From Armatimonadota bacterium (GTDB taxonomy: Bacteria; Armatimonadota; SYMT01), in assembly GCA_041690135.1 (NCBI GenBank), contig JAWLHY010000008.1, positions 96,001 through 160,000 on the forward strand: a stretch of 64,000 nt of DNA. Direction: 5' to 3'. Under the pieces are notes generated by a model. It did no database searches. It was not told the DNA's origin and worked only from the letters and a program-made list of their open reading frames with translations. Made by a program: the position numbers and the translations under genes. Of this stretch, positions 17,611-28,435 are shown piece by piece (within the stretch, counting starts at the first letter, position 1; every line of letters begins with the position of its first letter).

Positions 17611-18481
17611 GGTAGCGCCCCGGGAAAGCCGGTACTTCCATGCCAGGCATGTGCTGGTGACCGGCGGCTCCAGCGGGATCGGGCTGGCGGTCGCGGAAGG
17701 CATTGCCGCGCGGGGCGGTCGGGTCACGCTGATCGCCCGTGATCCAAGCCGGCTCGAGGAAGCGCGCCACCGCATCGAGAGCCGCTACCCGGCATCCGTG
17801 GTGGGTCTTCTGGAGTTGGACGTCGCCGAGGAAGAGGCGGTCCATTCAACGGTGCCCGCCTACCTCAACGAGCATCCGGCGTGGGGATTGGTCAACAGTG
17901 CCGGCATCACCTTGCCGGGACGGGCGCTGGAATTGGGCTCGGAAGACTTCCGCTCCCAGATGCAGGTGAATTACTTCGGGACGGTCGCGATGTGCCGGAC
18001 CGTGGTGCCGGACCTCATCGCCCGGGGCGAAGGCCACGTGGTGAACGTCGGTTCCCTGCTGTCGGTGATGTCCATCTACGGGCACTCCGCGTACTCGGCG
18101 AGCAAGTTCGCGGTTTATGCCTTCACCGACGCGCTCCGGGCGGAAATGACCCGGAACGGGGTACGGGTCAGCCTGCTGCTGCCGGGGGACACGGATACTC
18201 CGCAACACCAGCATGAGCGCCGGTACCTGCCGCCGGAAACCCGCGCAATTGCCGGCTCCGTGAAACTGCTGTCGGCGGAGCAGGTGGCGGCCGAGCTATT
18301 GCGGGGAATGGCGCGAGGGGCCTTCGAGATCATCCCCGGCACCGAGGCCCGCGCCGCAGTTCTAGCCTACCGCTGGTTTCCGGACCTGGCCCGCTGGGTG
18401 TGGTCCCGCGCCGAACGCCGGGCGATGAGCATTTCCGGGGAGTCCGCTACGGACCTTCCCACCGAACAGAAGGGTCGGTGA
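17597..18481 (+). CDS. 3-ketodihydrosphingosine reductase-like SDR (KDSR/TSC10-like)
   Basis: HVLVTGGSSGIG, VTLIARD, QVNYFGT, YSASKFA, and PGDTDTP...E...PETRAI...EQVA, matching the KDSR-subfamily pattern (PPDTDTP). Confidence 0.8.
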   Translation: MSRSKVAPRESRYFHARHVLVTGGSSGIGLAVAEGIAARGGRVTLIARDPSRLEEARHRIESRYPASVVGLLELDVAEEEAVHSTVPAYLNEHPAWGLVNSAGITLPGRALELGSEDFRSQMQVNYFGTVAMCRTVVPDLIARGEGHVVNVGSLLSVMSIYGHSAYSASKFAVYAFTDALRAEMTRNGVRVSLLLPGDTDTPQHQHERRYLPPETRAIAGSVKLLSAEQVAAELLRGMARGAFEIIPGTEARAAVLAYRWFPDLARWVWSRAERRAMSISGESATDLPTEQKGR

Positions 18482-18577
18482 TTGGGAGAATGAGGGAATG
18501 GTAGCGACTGTTTCTGCACCCGTTGCTTCCGTTTCCCTTCCTAATTCTCAGAATTCGCCCGATTAGCCGATCGTCCA

Positions 18578-19369
18578 TTACTCCAGGTAACGGCGGACCC
18601 GGTTCTTCCAACCGGTGAGCCACCGCTTCTCACCGCGGGCGGGGGGAGAGTTCTCCACGCGGCGCGTGAGGACGGACTCCGCGCTGGCGGCGAACTCCTT
18701 TACCGGCCCCGGTCCCTTCCCCTTCATGCCCGCCAGGACCTGGAGGAGGCCCCAGCCCTGGCCCTGGTAGCGCTCGGTCTCCTTGATGCCTTCGCCTTTG
18801 AAGTTGACGTAGTCGATCAGGGCGAAGGTACCGGCGCTGCTGCCCAGCATCCGCTGGAACTGGGCTCTAACGTTCTCCCGCTGCGCCGCGGGCGCGGCCT
18901 CCAGCATCTTGGGGAGGCTCGCTTCCATGCGCTGGACGATAAAGCGGCTCTGGAGCGAGAGGGTGCGAGAGAGGAGATTCCGCAGCTCCTTCATGCGGGG
19001 GCTCTGGAAGTCCCGCTCGAACTCCGCCTTCGTGGACCACGGGCAGGGCCTATCGAGGGCCCATTCCGGGACCGAAGCACCCTCCTCCGCCAGGAACCGG
19101 GCGAGTCGCGGGAAGGCCTCGTCGAAGGGTCCACTGTAGCCTTTCGGATACCAGATAAAGTGACCGATGCCGAGGGAAGCAAACTGCTCGCCGGCATTCC
19201 AGGAGGTCAGGCCGTCGATCCGTCCACCGCACTCGTTCTGCCAGATTCGCTTCCCAATGGTGGTCAGTTGCTGGTCCGTCAATTCAACAGCGCAGGCGGC
19301 ACTCGTGCCGGCGATGCACGATGCCAGTAAGAGCACGCGAAGGATATGGAGAATAACTGTAGGGCTCAT
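18578..19369 (-). CDS. Secreted hypothetical protein, possibly lysozyme-like fold
   Basis: Signal-peptide-like N-terminus; IWQNECGG...SLGIGHFIWYP; IDYVNFKGEG; WxxGWxNR C-terminus. ATGA-coupled to the upstream kinase. Confidence 0.7.
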   Translation of the reverse strand: MSPTVILHILRVLLLASCIAGTSAACAVELTDQQLTTIGKRIWQNECGGRIDGLTSWNAGEQFASLGIGHFIWYPKGYSGPFDEAFPRLARFLAEEGASVPEWALDRPCPWSTKAEFERDFQSPRMKELRNLLSRTLSLQSRFIVQRMEASLPKMLEAAPAAQRENVRAQFQRMLGSSAGTFALIDYVNFKGEGIKETERYQGQGWGLLQVLAGMKGKGPGPVKEFAASAESVLTRRVENSPPARGEKRWLTGWKNRVRRYLE

Positions 19370-21372
19370 AGGGCGGTGGTACTTGGGACGTCTTGCAAGA
19401 GGGAGCGCAGTTCTTCGATATCGATCGGCTTCACCCGGTGGTGGTCAAATCCGGCCTGGAGTGCCGCATCCTGGTCCGCAGGCAGTCCATGCCCGGTGAG
19501 CGCTATCAGGATCGCTTCCGACCCTTCCTCCCGAAGTTTACGGGCAAGCGTGTATCCATCGATCCCGGGCAGTCCTACATCCAGAATGCCCACGTGGGGC
19601 GGTTCTTCGCGTGCGAGTTGGAGGGCCTGGTCTCCACTCCTTGCCAGCCGAACGGTGTATCCCCACATCTCCAGGATCTCCTTCAAGGTCGCGGCCGCAT
19701 CTTCTTGGTCTTCCGCAACTAGAACCACCTGTCGGTGCGGCTGCTGCGGCAGAGCCTCTTCACTGCCGGCGATTTCCTCGGCCCCGGACAGTTCCGGTCC
19801 TCCGGTGAGCGGCAGGCGGACGGTGAATTCGCTGCCCCGATTCGGTCCGGCGCTATAAACTTCAAGCTGCCCCTCGTGCAATTCCACCAGACGCCTGACC
19901 AGCGTCAGGCCAATTCCCAATCCGCCCTCGCTGGAGCCGAGCGACCGCTTCTCCTGGATAAAAAGGTCGAAGATGGTTGACAGGTGTTCCGGATCGATCC
20001 CCAACCCGTTGTCCCGCACCCGGAAGATGAGAGCCCCATTCTCCAACCCCAGGAACACATTAATCTCGCCTTCCGGCTGGGTGTACTTGGCGGCGTTTCC
20101 CAGCAGGTTTACAAACACTTGCTCCATCCGGTCCGGGTCGGCGACCGCCCAGAGTGGCTGGTCCGGTAGATCCAGGCGGAGCATGTGGCGCTTGGCGCTG
20201 ATGAGGGGCTGGACGGCCTCAACGGCGCCTTGTAGCGACTCCCGCAGGTCGGTGCGCTGGGGTCTGAGTTCGATGACGCCGCGAGTGATCCGCGAGACAT
20301 CGAGTAGATCTTCCACCAGGCGCTCCAGATGCCGAGTTTGACGCCGGATGGTCGCAACCGGCCGGTCGGCCCGGGCCTCGCCGCTCCGCCTCTCCAGGAG
20401 GTAAAGGGCGTTGGAGACCGCGGCCAGCGGATTGCGCAGTTCGTGTGCCAGGGCAGCGAGGAATTCATCCTTGCGACGGTTCGCTTCCTCTTCGCGCTGG
20501 TAGAGGCGATTGACCTCGGCAAGGAGTTCCCTTTGCTTCCGGAGCGTGTCGATGTAAGTCCGGTACGCCGCGAACACCAGATAGAGGCAGGGCAGCAAAA
20601 GCAGTGCAATCGGACCGGCAGAAGTGTAGGCGATGGCGATTCCTCCCGCGACGGTAGCCGAAAGGAAATAGACGGGCGCCATCCAGAAACAATGCTCTCT
20701 CCACACCTGGAGAGGAGACTGACCCTGTTCGAAAGCGATGGCGGCAGCTACTCCAAAGGTGTTGATGAGGAAGTAGGAACTCGTGAAAACGATCAACTCG
20801 GAGAGTTCCCGCTGCCACCCCGCGTGCGCCAGTGGCCCAACCGCCCAGCCCAGCCAGCCGGCCAGCGCACCGGCCAGCGCGCAGTGAGCCACGTTGAAGA
20901 CTCTGCGGTAAGAGGGTTGGTTGAAATAGCGTAGCCGCCACCAGGCGCCTTCGGGACGAACCAGATGGGTGAGGAGAGCGCCGACGCCGGCGCAGAGCGT
21001 GGCCGCCTGTACGCCCTGGATAAGCAGCGCCAGGCAGACCACGGCAAACACCAGGCTTTGCCGGCTTTGCTTGAGGGTCACCTCGATCCGCCAGACCCCG
21101 GCCACTGCGGCGACCAGCAGCAGCGCACCCGTTACCCACGCTTGATTCGGTGCCGGCAGGCGAGCTACTAAGACTGCCGCTGGCAGCACCCCACCAACGT
21201 GCAGCAGGATATACCACTGTAATGAACGGGGAAGATGCCCGAACCCCGCCCCTTTCCCTGCCCCGGTCGCCTTCACGGATGTGGGCCGCCTCCTGTCGGG
21301 TATTCGTCCTATCCCCAGGTCAATTTCGCTCTGCGGGCCGGCCGGGCGAAGCTTGTTTCGCGCAGCGATCAA
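19366..21372 (-). CDS. Membrane-bound hybrid histidine kinase (multi-TM sensor, HisKA, HATPase, REC)
   Basis: Several TM helices, FLAALAHELRNPL, NLLGNAAKY, GGLGIGL, receiver LDVGLPGIDG...KP. Start uncertain. Confidence 0.92.
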   Translation of the reverse strand: MIAARNKLRPAGPQSEIDLGIGRIPDRRRPTSVKATGAGKGAGFGHLPRSLQWYILLHVGGVLPAAVLVARLPAPNQAWVTGALLLVAAVAGVWRIEVTLKQSRQSLVFAVVCLALLIQGVQAATLCAGVGALLTHLVRPEGAWWRLRYFNQPSYRRVFNVAHCALAGALAGWLGWAVGPLAHAGWQRELSELIVFTSSYFLINTFGVAAAIAFEQGQSPLQVWREHCFWMAPVYFLSATVAGGIAIAYTSAGPIALLLLPCLYLVFAAYRTYIDTLRKQRELLAEVNRLYQREEEANRRKDEFLAALAHELRNPLAAVSNALYLLERRSGEARADRPVATIRRQTRHLERLVEDLLDVSRITRGVIELRPQRTDLRESLQGAVEAVQPLISAKRHMLRLDLPDQPLWAVADPDRMEQVFVNLLGNAAKYTQPEGEINVFLGLENGALIFRVRDNGLGIDPEHLSTIFDLFIQEKRSLGSSEGGLGIGLTLVRRLVELHEGQLEVYSAGPNRGSEFTVRLPLTGGPELSGAEEIAGSEEALPQQPHRQVVLVAEDQEDAAATLKEILEMWGYTVRLARSGDQALQLAREEPPHVGILDVGLPGIDGYTLARKLREEGSEAILIALTGHGLPADQDAALQAGFDHHRVKPIDIEELRSLLQDVPSTTAL

Positions 21373-21834
21373 AGGTCCGAAAGTTCCATGTCAGCTACGG
21401 TCAACATATCAGTTTACCAGAAGTGACGTGACACGATGGAAGGTATCGCTCGATCTGTCACGAACGATGCCGATTGCCCCGAATCAGGAACAATGCCTCC
21501 GGAGCGGAATGCATCGGGAGATGACCCCCTGCATCTCCGCTGCCGCCTGTGTAGCCGGCTAACGAGCATCCCTTCGTCGTCAGGATGATAGGACGAGCGT
21601 CAGGGGAGCGAGAGAACAAGGGCCGGAGCGCTAGAGAAGTAGAGGATTAAGACTCGAACGACCGGGGTAAAACCCCAACGAGCGTCTATCCTCTCCACGC
21701 GAGTGTGGTTGCGGTATCGCCGGGTCGGGGGAGGGCTGATGCCCACCTGGGTTGATGACAACAAGTGTCACCCGGAGACTGCCTGAATTCTCGATCCCAT
21801 GCACTCCTATCTAATCCATTCACGCGTACCCCAC

Positions 21835-22605
21835 ATGCCGGATCGGCGGGGCTTTACACTCATTGAATTGTTGGTGGTAATAGCAATTATCGCCATCCTC
21901 GCCGCCATCCTCTTCCCCGTCTTCGCCCAGGCGCGGGAGGCGGCTCGGAGCACCGCGTGTCTTTCCAACCAACGGCAGATCGGCACCGCGGCCATGATGT
22001 ATTCGCAGGACTACGATGAGTTGCTGCTCCCCTGGCTGCGCCGTCGGGCCGGCACCGAACCCGTGAGCCAGCGAGTCTGGGTTAGCCTCATCCAGCCCTA
22101 CCTGAAGAGCGGCGGCGAACTCCAGGCGAGCGGTGCCATGCGATGCGCTTCCTGGACGGAAGCCAAGATCCGCGTGGCGGCCAATGCGCCCGGGTGCCAA
22201 AGCATGGACGCGGCCTTTAACGCCCAGCCCACCCAGATCTGGGCTCACTACGGGATTGCGCTCCCCGAGCCGCAAATCACGGGAACCGGTACGCAACAGG
22301 ACCCCTTCACCCACCGGCCTGGCAGCGGCGCCCTGGGCGCACTCGATGTGATTGTCGGGCTGCCACAGGTGCTGCGACCCGCGGAGACGGCCTTCATTTC
22401 AGATGGAGTCACCATGGGGGTCCTGGGTGGCGCGGCGGGGGTCAGTGCCTGGGGGTGCCAGGGTGCCTCAATGCATCGCGACGGCACCAACTACATCTTC
22501 CTGGATGGGCATTCCAAATGGCTCAAGGGCAATGCCGAGAGCTATCTCAAGCGGGATGCTTCCGGGCGCTATTTCCGGCGGTACTTCACTTACGACATGG
22601 AATAG
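21835..22605 (+). CDS. DUF1559-type prepilin N-terminal cleavage/methylation protein with H-X9-DG motif
   Basis: [35 protein letters not shown]...CLSNQRQIG...YSQDYDE; [14 protein letters not shown]. Confidence 0.93.
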   Translation: MPDRRGFTLIELLVVIAIIAILAAILFPVFAQAREAARSTACLSNQRQIGTAAMMYSQDYDELLLPWLRRRAGTEPVSQRVWVSLIQPYLKSGGELQASGAMRCASWTEAKIRVAANAPGCQSMDAAFNAQPTQIWAHYGIALPEPQITGTGTQQDPFTHRPGSGALGALDVIVGLPQVLRPAETAFISDGVTMGVLGGAAGVSAWGCQGASMHRDGTNYIFLDGHSKWLKGNAESYLKRDASGRYFRRYFTYDME

Positions 22606-22745
22606 GCTCAATCCCTGTTTAAGGATGGACCGCATGGGCTAACTGTTTTTTGGCCGCAGAAAGTGCCGGTTGCCCGCTGGATCTCCGTCGTGTCGCGCGG
22701 GCAGCATCCCGACACTCACCAGGCGGCATTTACCTGGGAACCAAA

Positions 22746-24473
22746 ATGCTCCGTTCAAGATATCTCCCATTCCAATTGCTGCTCGCCGTCCTGCTGGGTA
22801 CGTTCGCCCTGGCATCGCCTGCTCGCGCCGGCGGGATTGCGGACGACCTGAACGAAGAGATGCGAGCGAATCCGCTCAGCCTTGTTAGGCGGCGGGTGAT
22901 CGTTCAATACTCTCAATCGAACGTCAACAGCGGCCTGCTCGCTTTGCTGGTGGGCGGAACGCACGTTGAAGACCTGCCCCTGATCCAGGGCGCCGTGATG
23001 CTTGTGCCGCAGGTCAACCTAACGGTGCTGGCTGCGCACCCCGCGGTGAAGCAGGTTTCCCCGGACCGCAAAATCTTCCGGGAGTCCAACCACACCTTCG
23101 ACTACGACGTGCAGACCGCGGGGGCGAATGAGGTTTGGTCCGCCACACCTTACCGGGGGCACGGAGTGGGTATTGCGGTGCTCGACACCGGTGTCCATCC
23201 CGGAACGACGGATTGGGTGTCGCGGCAGACCGGCGCCAACCGCCTGGTGGGGTGGAAGGACCTGGTAAACGGCCAGCCTCTACCCTATGACGACAACGGG
23301 CACGGGACCCACGTAGCCGGAGTGGCGTTGGCCAGTGGTTACAACTCTGCTGGCAGGGTCAACGGGACCGCGCCGGAAGCCGCGCTCGTAGGCGTGAAGG
23401 TGTTGGGAGAGGACGGTTCCGGTCAGGTGAGCACCGTGATCAAAGGGCTTACCTGGTGTCGCGACAACCGCAGTGCCTACAACGTCCGCGTGATCAATCT
23501 CTCCCTAGGCCACCGGCCGGGCGAAAGCCGGCATACGGACCCACTTTGCACGGCTGTAAGGAACGTTGTCCGAGAAGGATTGGTGGTGGTCTGCTCGGCC
23601 GGCAACAAAGGAAAGGATAGCAACGGCCAGACCGTTTACGGAGGTGTTTCCAGCCCTGGTAATGAGTTGGCAGCGATTACGGTCGGAGCCCTGAATACCT
23701 TTCAGACGGAGAAGCGGGAGGACGACGGGGTTTGCACCTACAGCAGCCGGGGACCCACCTACCTGGATCATGAAGCCAAGCCGGACCTCGTCGCCCCGGG
23801 AAACAAGATCCTTTCCAGTCGCGCCCCAGGCTCGAAGCTGGACACGGATTTCCCGGCAAACCGGTTCGACGCGGACCCCACCACTTCCGGCAGCGTGGAT
23901 CACTTTCGCCTTTCCGGCACCAGCATGGCCGCTCCACAGGTTGCCGGTACCGTAGCCCTGATGCTTCAGGCCAAGCCCGGCCTGACTCCCAATACGGTCA
24001 AGGCGGTCTTGATGTACACGGCGGAGAAACTGGCACTGACGGATGGTGCGGGCGTGCCACTGACCGACGGCCTCTCGCTCCTCACGCAGGGGGCCGGGAG
24101 TCTGAATGCGGTCGGCGCCGTGGAAGCGGCCATGAAGATCAACCCGGCTATGCCGACCGGAGAGTGGTGGCTGACCGCGCCCCTCAGTGGGAGCAGCCAT
24201 ATCAAGAACCACACGTTTAACTGGAACGCGAAGGTCTTCTGGGGGAATAGCGCTTACACGGGAGTGGGGCTCCTCGGCTTCCGCCAGCAGGCCTGGGACC
24301 AGCAGATGACCTGGGGCGACCAGATGACCTGGGGCGACCAGATGACCTGGGGCGATAATGGGGTCACGGGAGACCGAACGGTGTGGGAGAGTTACTCCAT
24401 CTGGGGCGACCAGATGACCTGGGGTGACCAGATGACCTGGGGCGACCACACCGTATTGACCGGAGGTGAATGA
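22746..24473 (+). CDS. Secreted S8 (subtilisin-like, AprX-type) serine peptidase with C-terminal WGD repeats
   Basis: Signal peptide (…ASPARA), VLDTG (Asp), GHGTHVAG (His), SGTSMAAP (Ser), CSAGN oxyanion; tail of QMTWGD repeats. Start trimmed to ATG 22746. Confidence 0.93.
   Translation: MLRSRYLPFQLLLAVLLGTFALASPARAGGIADDLNEEMRANPLSLVRRRVIVQYSQSNVNSGLLALLVGGTHVEDLPLIQGAVMLVPQVNLTVLAAHPAVKQVSPDRKIFRESNHTFDYDVQTAGANEVWSATPYRGHGVGIAVLDTGVHPGTTDWVSRQTGANRLVGWKDLVNGQPLPYDDNGHGTHVAGVALASGYNSAGRVNGTAPEAALVGVKVLGEDGSGQVSTVIKGLTWCRDNRSAYNVRVINLSLGHRPGESRHTDPLCTAVRNVVREGLVVVCSAGNKGKDSNGQTVYGGVSSPGNELAAITVGALNTFQTEKREDDGVCTYSSRGPTYLDHEAKPDLVAPGNKILSSRAPGSKLDTDFPANRFDADPTTSGSVDHFRLSGTSMAAPQVAGTVALMLQAKPGLTPNTVKAVLMYTAEKLALTDGAGVPLTDGLSLLTQGAGSLNAVGAVEAAMKINPAMPTGEWWLTAPLSGSSHIKNHTFNWNAKVFWGNSAYTGVGLLGFRQQAWDQQMTWGDQMTWGDQMTWGDNGVTGDRTVWESYSIWGDQMTWGDQMTWGDHTVLTGGE
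24303..24446 (+). repeat. 18-bp coding tandem repeat CAGATGACCTGGGGCGAC (QMTWGD), 3 + 2 copies
   Basis: Copies at 24303, 24321, 24339, 24411 and 24429, plus a partial CTGGGGCGAC at 24401. Confidence 0.95.
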
Positions 24474-24498
24474 CCCCAGGGACCTCTGATGGTGAAAC

Positions 24499-24540
24499 AT
24501 GAGGTAGGGCGGATCCCGGTGCGGGTCCGCCCTACCTCAT
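24499..24540. terminator. Inverted repeat between convergent genes (likely terminator)
   Basis: ATGAGGTAGGGCGGA ... TCCGCCCTACCTCAT, 15-bp perfect arms. No strong U-tract. Confidence 0.7.
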
Positions 24541-24552
24541 GCGCTCCACCGA

Positions 24553-25479
24553 CTACCGGACGTGCCATGGTTCTACCAGGGGTTTGGCGCCATTCAGCTC
24601 CCCGTAACCCGCCCCCGTGGTGCCGGTAGGATCGGGACCGAAGTAGCGAGGATCCATGGGGTCGGCGGCCGGCTGAAACCGGATGTCACAGGAGAGCCGT
24701 ACCCGGTTGTCCGCCGCATGATGGTCGAAAGAGCCGTGCATCAGCGTCATGCTAAAGAGGATCGCATCGCCGGGGTGGAAGTGCGTCGAAAGTAGCCGCG
24801 TGCTCCGCTGGCAGGCCAGGGTGATTGCGTCCTCCCGCGCAGCAAGTCGCGGTGTGTTCACATCGTCGTAATCGACTTTGCGGATCGGTGCGATCAGGTC
24901 CTCATACGTCTGGGAGCCCTCCAGTACCATAAGTGGGCCCAATTCCAGCGGGATCTCACCCAGGGCGATCCAAACCGTGTGCACGCGCTGCGAGCCCCGG
25001 CAGAAGAACGGCAGATCGTAGTGGAGGTCCGTCGCTTTGCCGGGAGTGCCGACCCGCAGGAACAGGTAATCGTGCGGGTGGGCCGGCTCGCCGACGCAGT
25101 TGGAAACCAGTGCGCGGAGTTCGGGTCCGTGGGTGACCCGACGCAGAGCCGGACCTTCCGAAACGCTCTTCCAGAAGGCGCCCAGATCGGGAGCCAGCTC
25201 GCGCCGCCGGCTCCTCCCGGTGAAGATTCCCTCGATCGCCGGTTCGGTGATCTCGTCGACCTCCATCAGGCGCGACAGTGCTTCCTCACGCGCGGCGAGC
25301 ACAAGCGCCGGAGCGACGGCCTTCCGCACGAATACATAGCCATCGGTCGCGATCCGGTCCTGCAGGGCCGCGGCGTCCTCCCGCAGCGCCGAGCTATCGC
25401 GAAGCTCTCCCAGTAGCTCGTGCGGAACCGGATGCCCATACACCTGTGCCGAACTCAATTCACCCTCCCTGGTTACCAT
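24553..25479 (-). CDS. Phytanoyl-CoA dioxygenase (PhyH) family Fe(II)/2OG enzyme
   Basis: DGYVFVR, LHYDLPF (HxD), VWIALG...GPLMVLEGS, LMHGS, RLSCDIRFQP. Confidence 0.88.
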   Translation of the reverse strand: MVTREGELSSAQVYGHPVPHELLGELRDSSALREDAAALQDRIATDGYVFVRKAVAPALVLAAREEALSRLMEVDEITEPAIEGIFTGRSRRRELAPDLGAFWKSVSEGPALRRVTHGPELRALVSNCVGEPAHPHDYLFLRVGTPGKATDLHYDLPFFCRGSQRVHTVWIALGEIPLELGPLMVLEGSQTYEDLIAPIRKVDYDDVNTPRLAAREDAITLACQRSTRLLSTHFHPGDAILFSMTLMHGSFDHHAADNRVRLSCDIRFQPAADPMDPRYFGPDPTGTTGAGYGELNGAKPLVEPWHVR

Positions 25480-25690
25480 GTTCGTCTCATTACCTGCTCC
25501 ATTCAGCAATACAAGCCCAGGTCCAGGCGGTCACGAAGTATCCCGCCCTACATCGATAGGTGCAAGGACAGAGACCGTACTGTTCACCAGCATAACGGAG
25601 TTTACGGGCAACTGACCCATTGGCTACGTCTATCAGGTCACCCCTGGATCACCTTCGCTCGTCCGGAGTGATTGTCCTTGGATCCGGGTT

Positions 25691-27048
<1,358 letters not shown>

Positions 27049-27052
<4 letters not shown>

Positions 27053-28254
27053 TTCGGTTCCTTCTTCTGGCTGGGTGAAGCGCCGTTCTCGTCCAGCGTC
27101 ACGCGCGCCCAATGGATGCTCATACAGTCGGGCGTGCCGGCGTAGTAAGCCAGCAGCACGCTTCCTTCCTGGAGAACCCGGAGAGCGGGGTGGCCGAAGC
27201 TCCACTTGCCCATGTCTTCCCAGTACTCTTTGAAGTCGATGTCCCGGCTACCCTGCGTGAGGAGGGCGCGCTCGTCGTGGACGTGCACGACGACGGACTC
27301 AGCTTCGGGCCAGGTCGCGCCGCCATCGCGGGAGAGCCAGAGGCGGAGCGTGCCGGGCTGGCCCCGGTTCACGATGAACGCCAGTACGCGGCCGTCCGGC
27401 AGCACGAGCGGCGCCGCGATTTGGCCAGGGAGGGAGGTCTCCTGCGGCAGTTCGAGAATGGTGGCCCGAGGCGACGTGTTGGTCGGGTGTGTAGCTGACC
27501 GGGGGAGTGACCCTCGCAACAAGTGGACGTTCCGGTCCTGCTTCTCGATGAGGTCATGCGTCCAGAACAAGGCAAGGAACTCGCCTTCCGTACCGACCGG
27601 GCAAAGGCGTTGGTCCCAGTAGTACAGTCGGTGCTCCGGATGCTGGGCTACGCGGAGCGGCGGTGCAAAGGTTTCTCCGCCGTCCCGGGATACCAGCAGC
27701 CATGCAGCGTGCCTTCCAGGTCGCGGATCATCGAACTCCTTGAAGCTTTCGAAGGCATAGGCGAGCGTCCCGTCCGGCCAGCAGATCGCCGGTCCGGTCC
27801 CTGCGCACCCTTTCAAGTCCCTGGTATCGAGTTGGCGCCAGTCGCTCCAGGTTTCGCCGTCGTCCGTGGACACGGCGAGCAATTGCCGGCTGTGCAGGAT
27901 TCCCTCCGTCACCGGATCGAAGAGTGGCCGCTCCGGCTCGCTGCGATCGAACCAGGTGGTGAAGAGAAGGAGACGACCCGGTGCGGCCTCGACCATTTCC
28001 GCCATGGCCAGGGAGCCGGGAACGTCATCGAGCAAGGTTTCGAACCGCCAGGGGATCTCCGCCCAGGTGCGACCGCCGTCCTCAGAACGACAAAGGCGGA
28101 CCGTCGAGGTAGGTGCATGTTTGGCCGGGCCGACCTGGAAGCCCGCCAGCACCATTCCGGAACGCAGCGGGCAAAGACTGGTGAAAAATGCGATCCGCTC
28201 CCGTTCGGCGCGGGCGGACGCGTCCAAGATCAGGCCTTGTTCTTCAACCTTCAT
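27049..28254 (-). CDS. BNR/Asp-box repeat sialidase-like protein (no signal peptide)
   Basis: Four Asp boxes: SEDGGRTW, STDDGETW, SRDGGETF, SRDGGATW. Start trimmed to ATG 28254. Confidence 0.85.
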
Positions 28255-28435
28255 CCCCGGCGCTCCTCTTGGCAGTCGCCCAAGCAGCCCTTTTGTCGCA
28301 ACCGGAAAACTTCGACGCAAAACTTCCGCAAAACAAAAGGAGTCTGGGTGTCGCTTATAGAAGTGGTGACATAGCAACGATATATCACTGGAACTGGGGC
28401 TCAAGCCACCCGCTGCTCGTTTCGATCCAACCTGT

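Larger units (their letters stand above)
6658..18481 (+). other. Biosynthetic gene cluster: type II FAS + beta-branching cassette + SPT-like + KDSR-like (putative branched aminolipid/sphingoid)
   Basis: 13 co-oriented genes with overlapping or very short spacers, all fatty-acyl/ACP-related. Confidence 0.85.

Noticed and set aside
21373-21834. Riboswitch in the long spacer before the DUF1559 gene
   Set aside because: Only short hairpins (GGGGTAAAACCCC; TGACA..TGTCA) are present, and there is no recognisable aptamer consensus.
24303-24446. Short direct repeats as a possible CRISPR array
   Set aside because: The 18-bp units are contiguous with no unique spacers, lie in frame within the S8 protease, and no cas genes are present.
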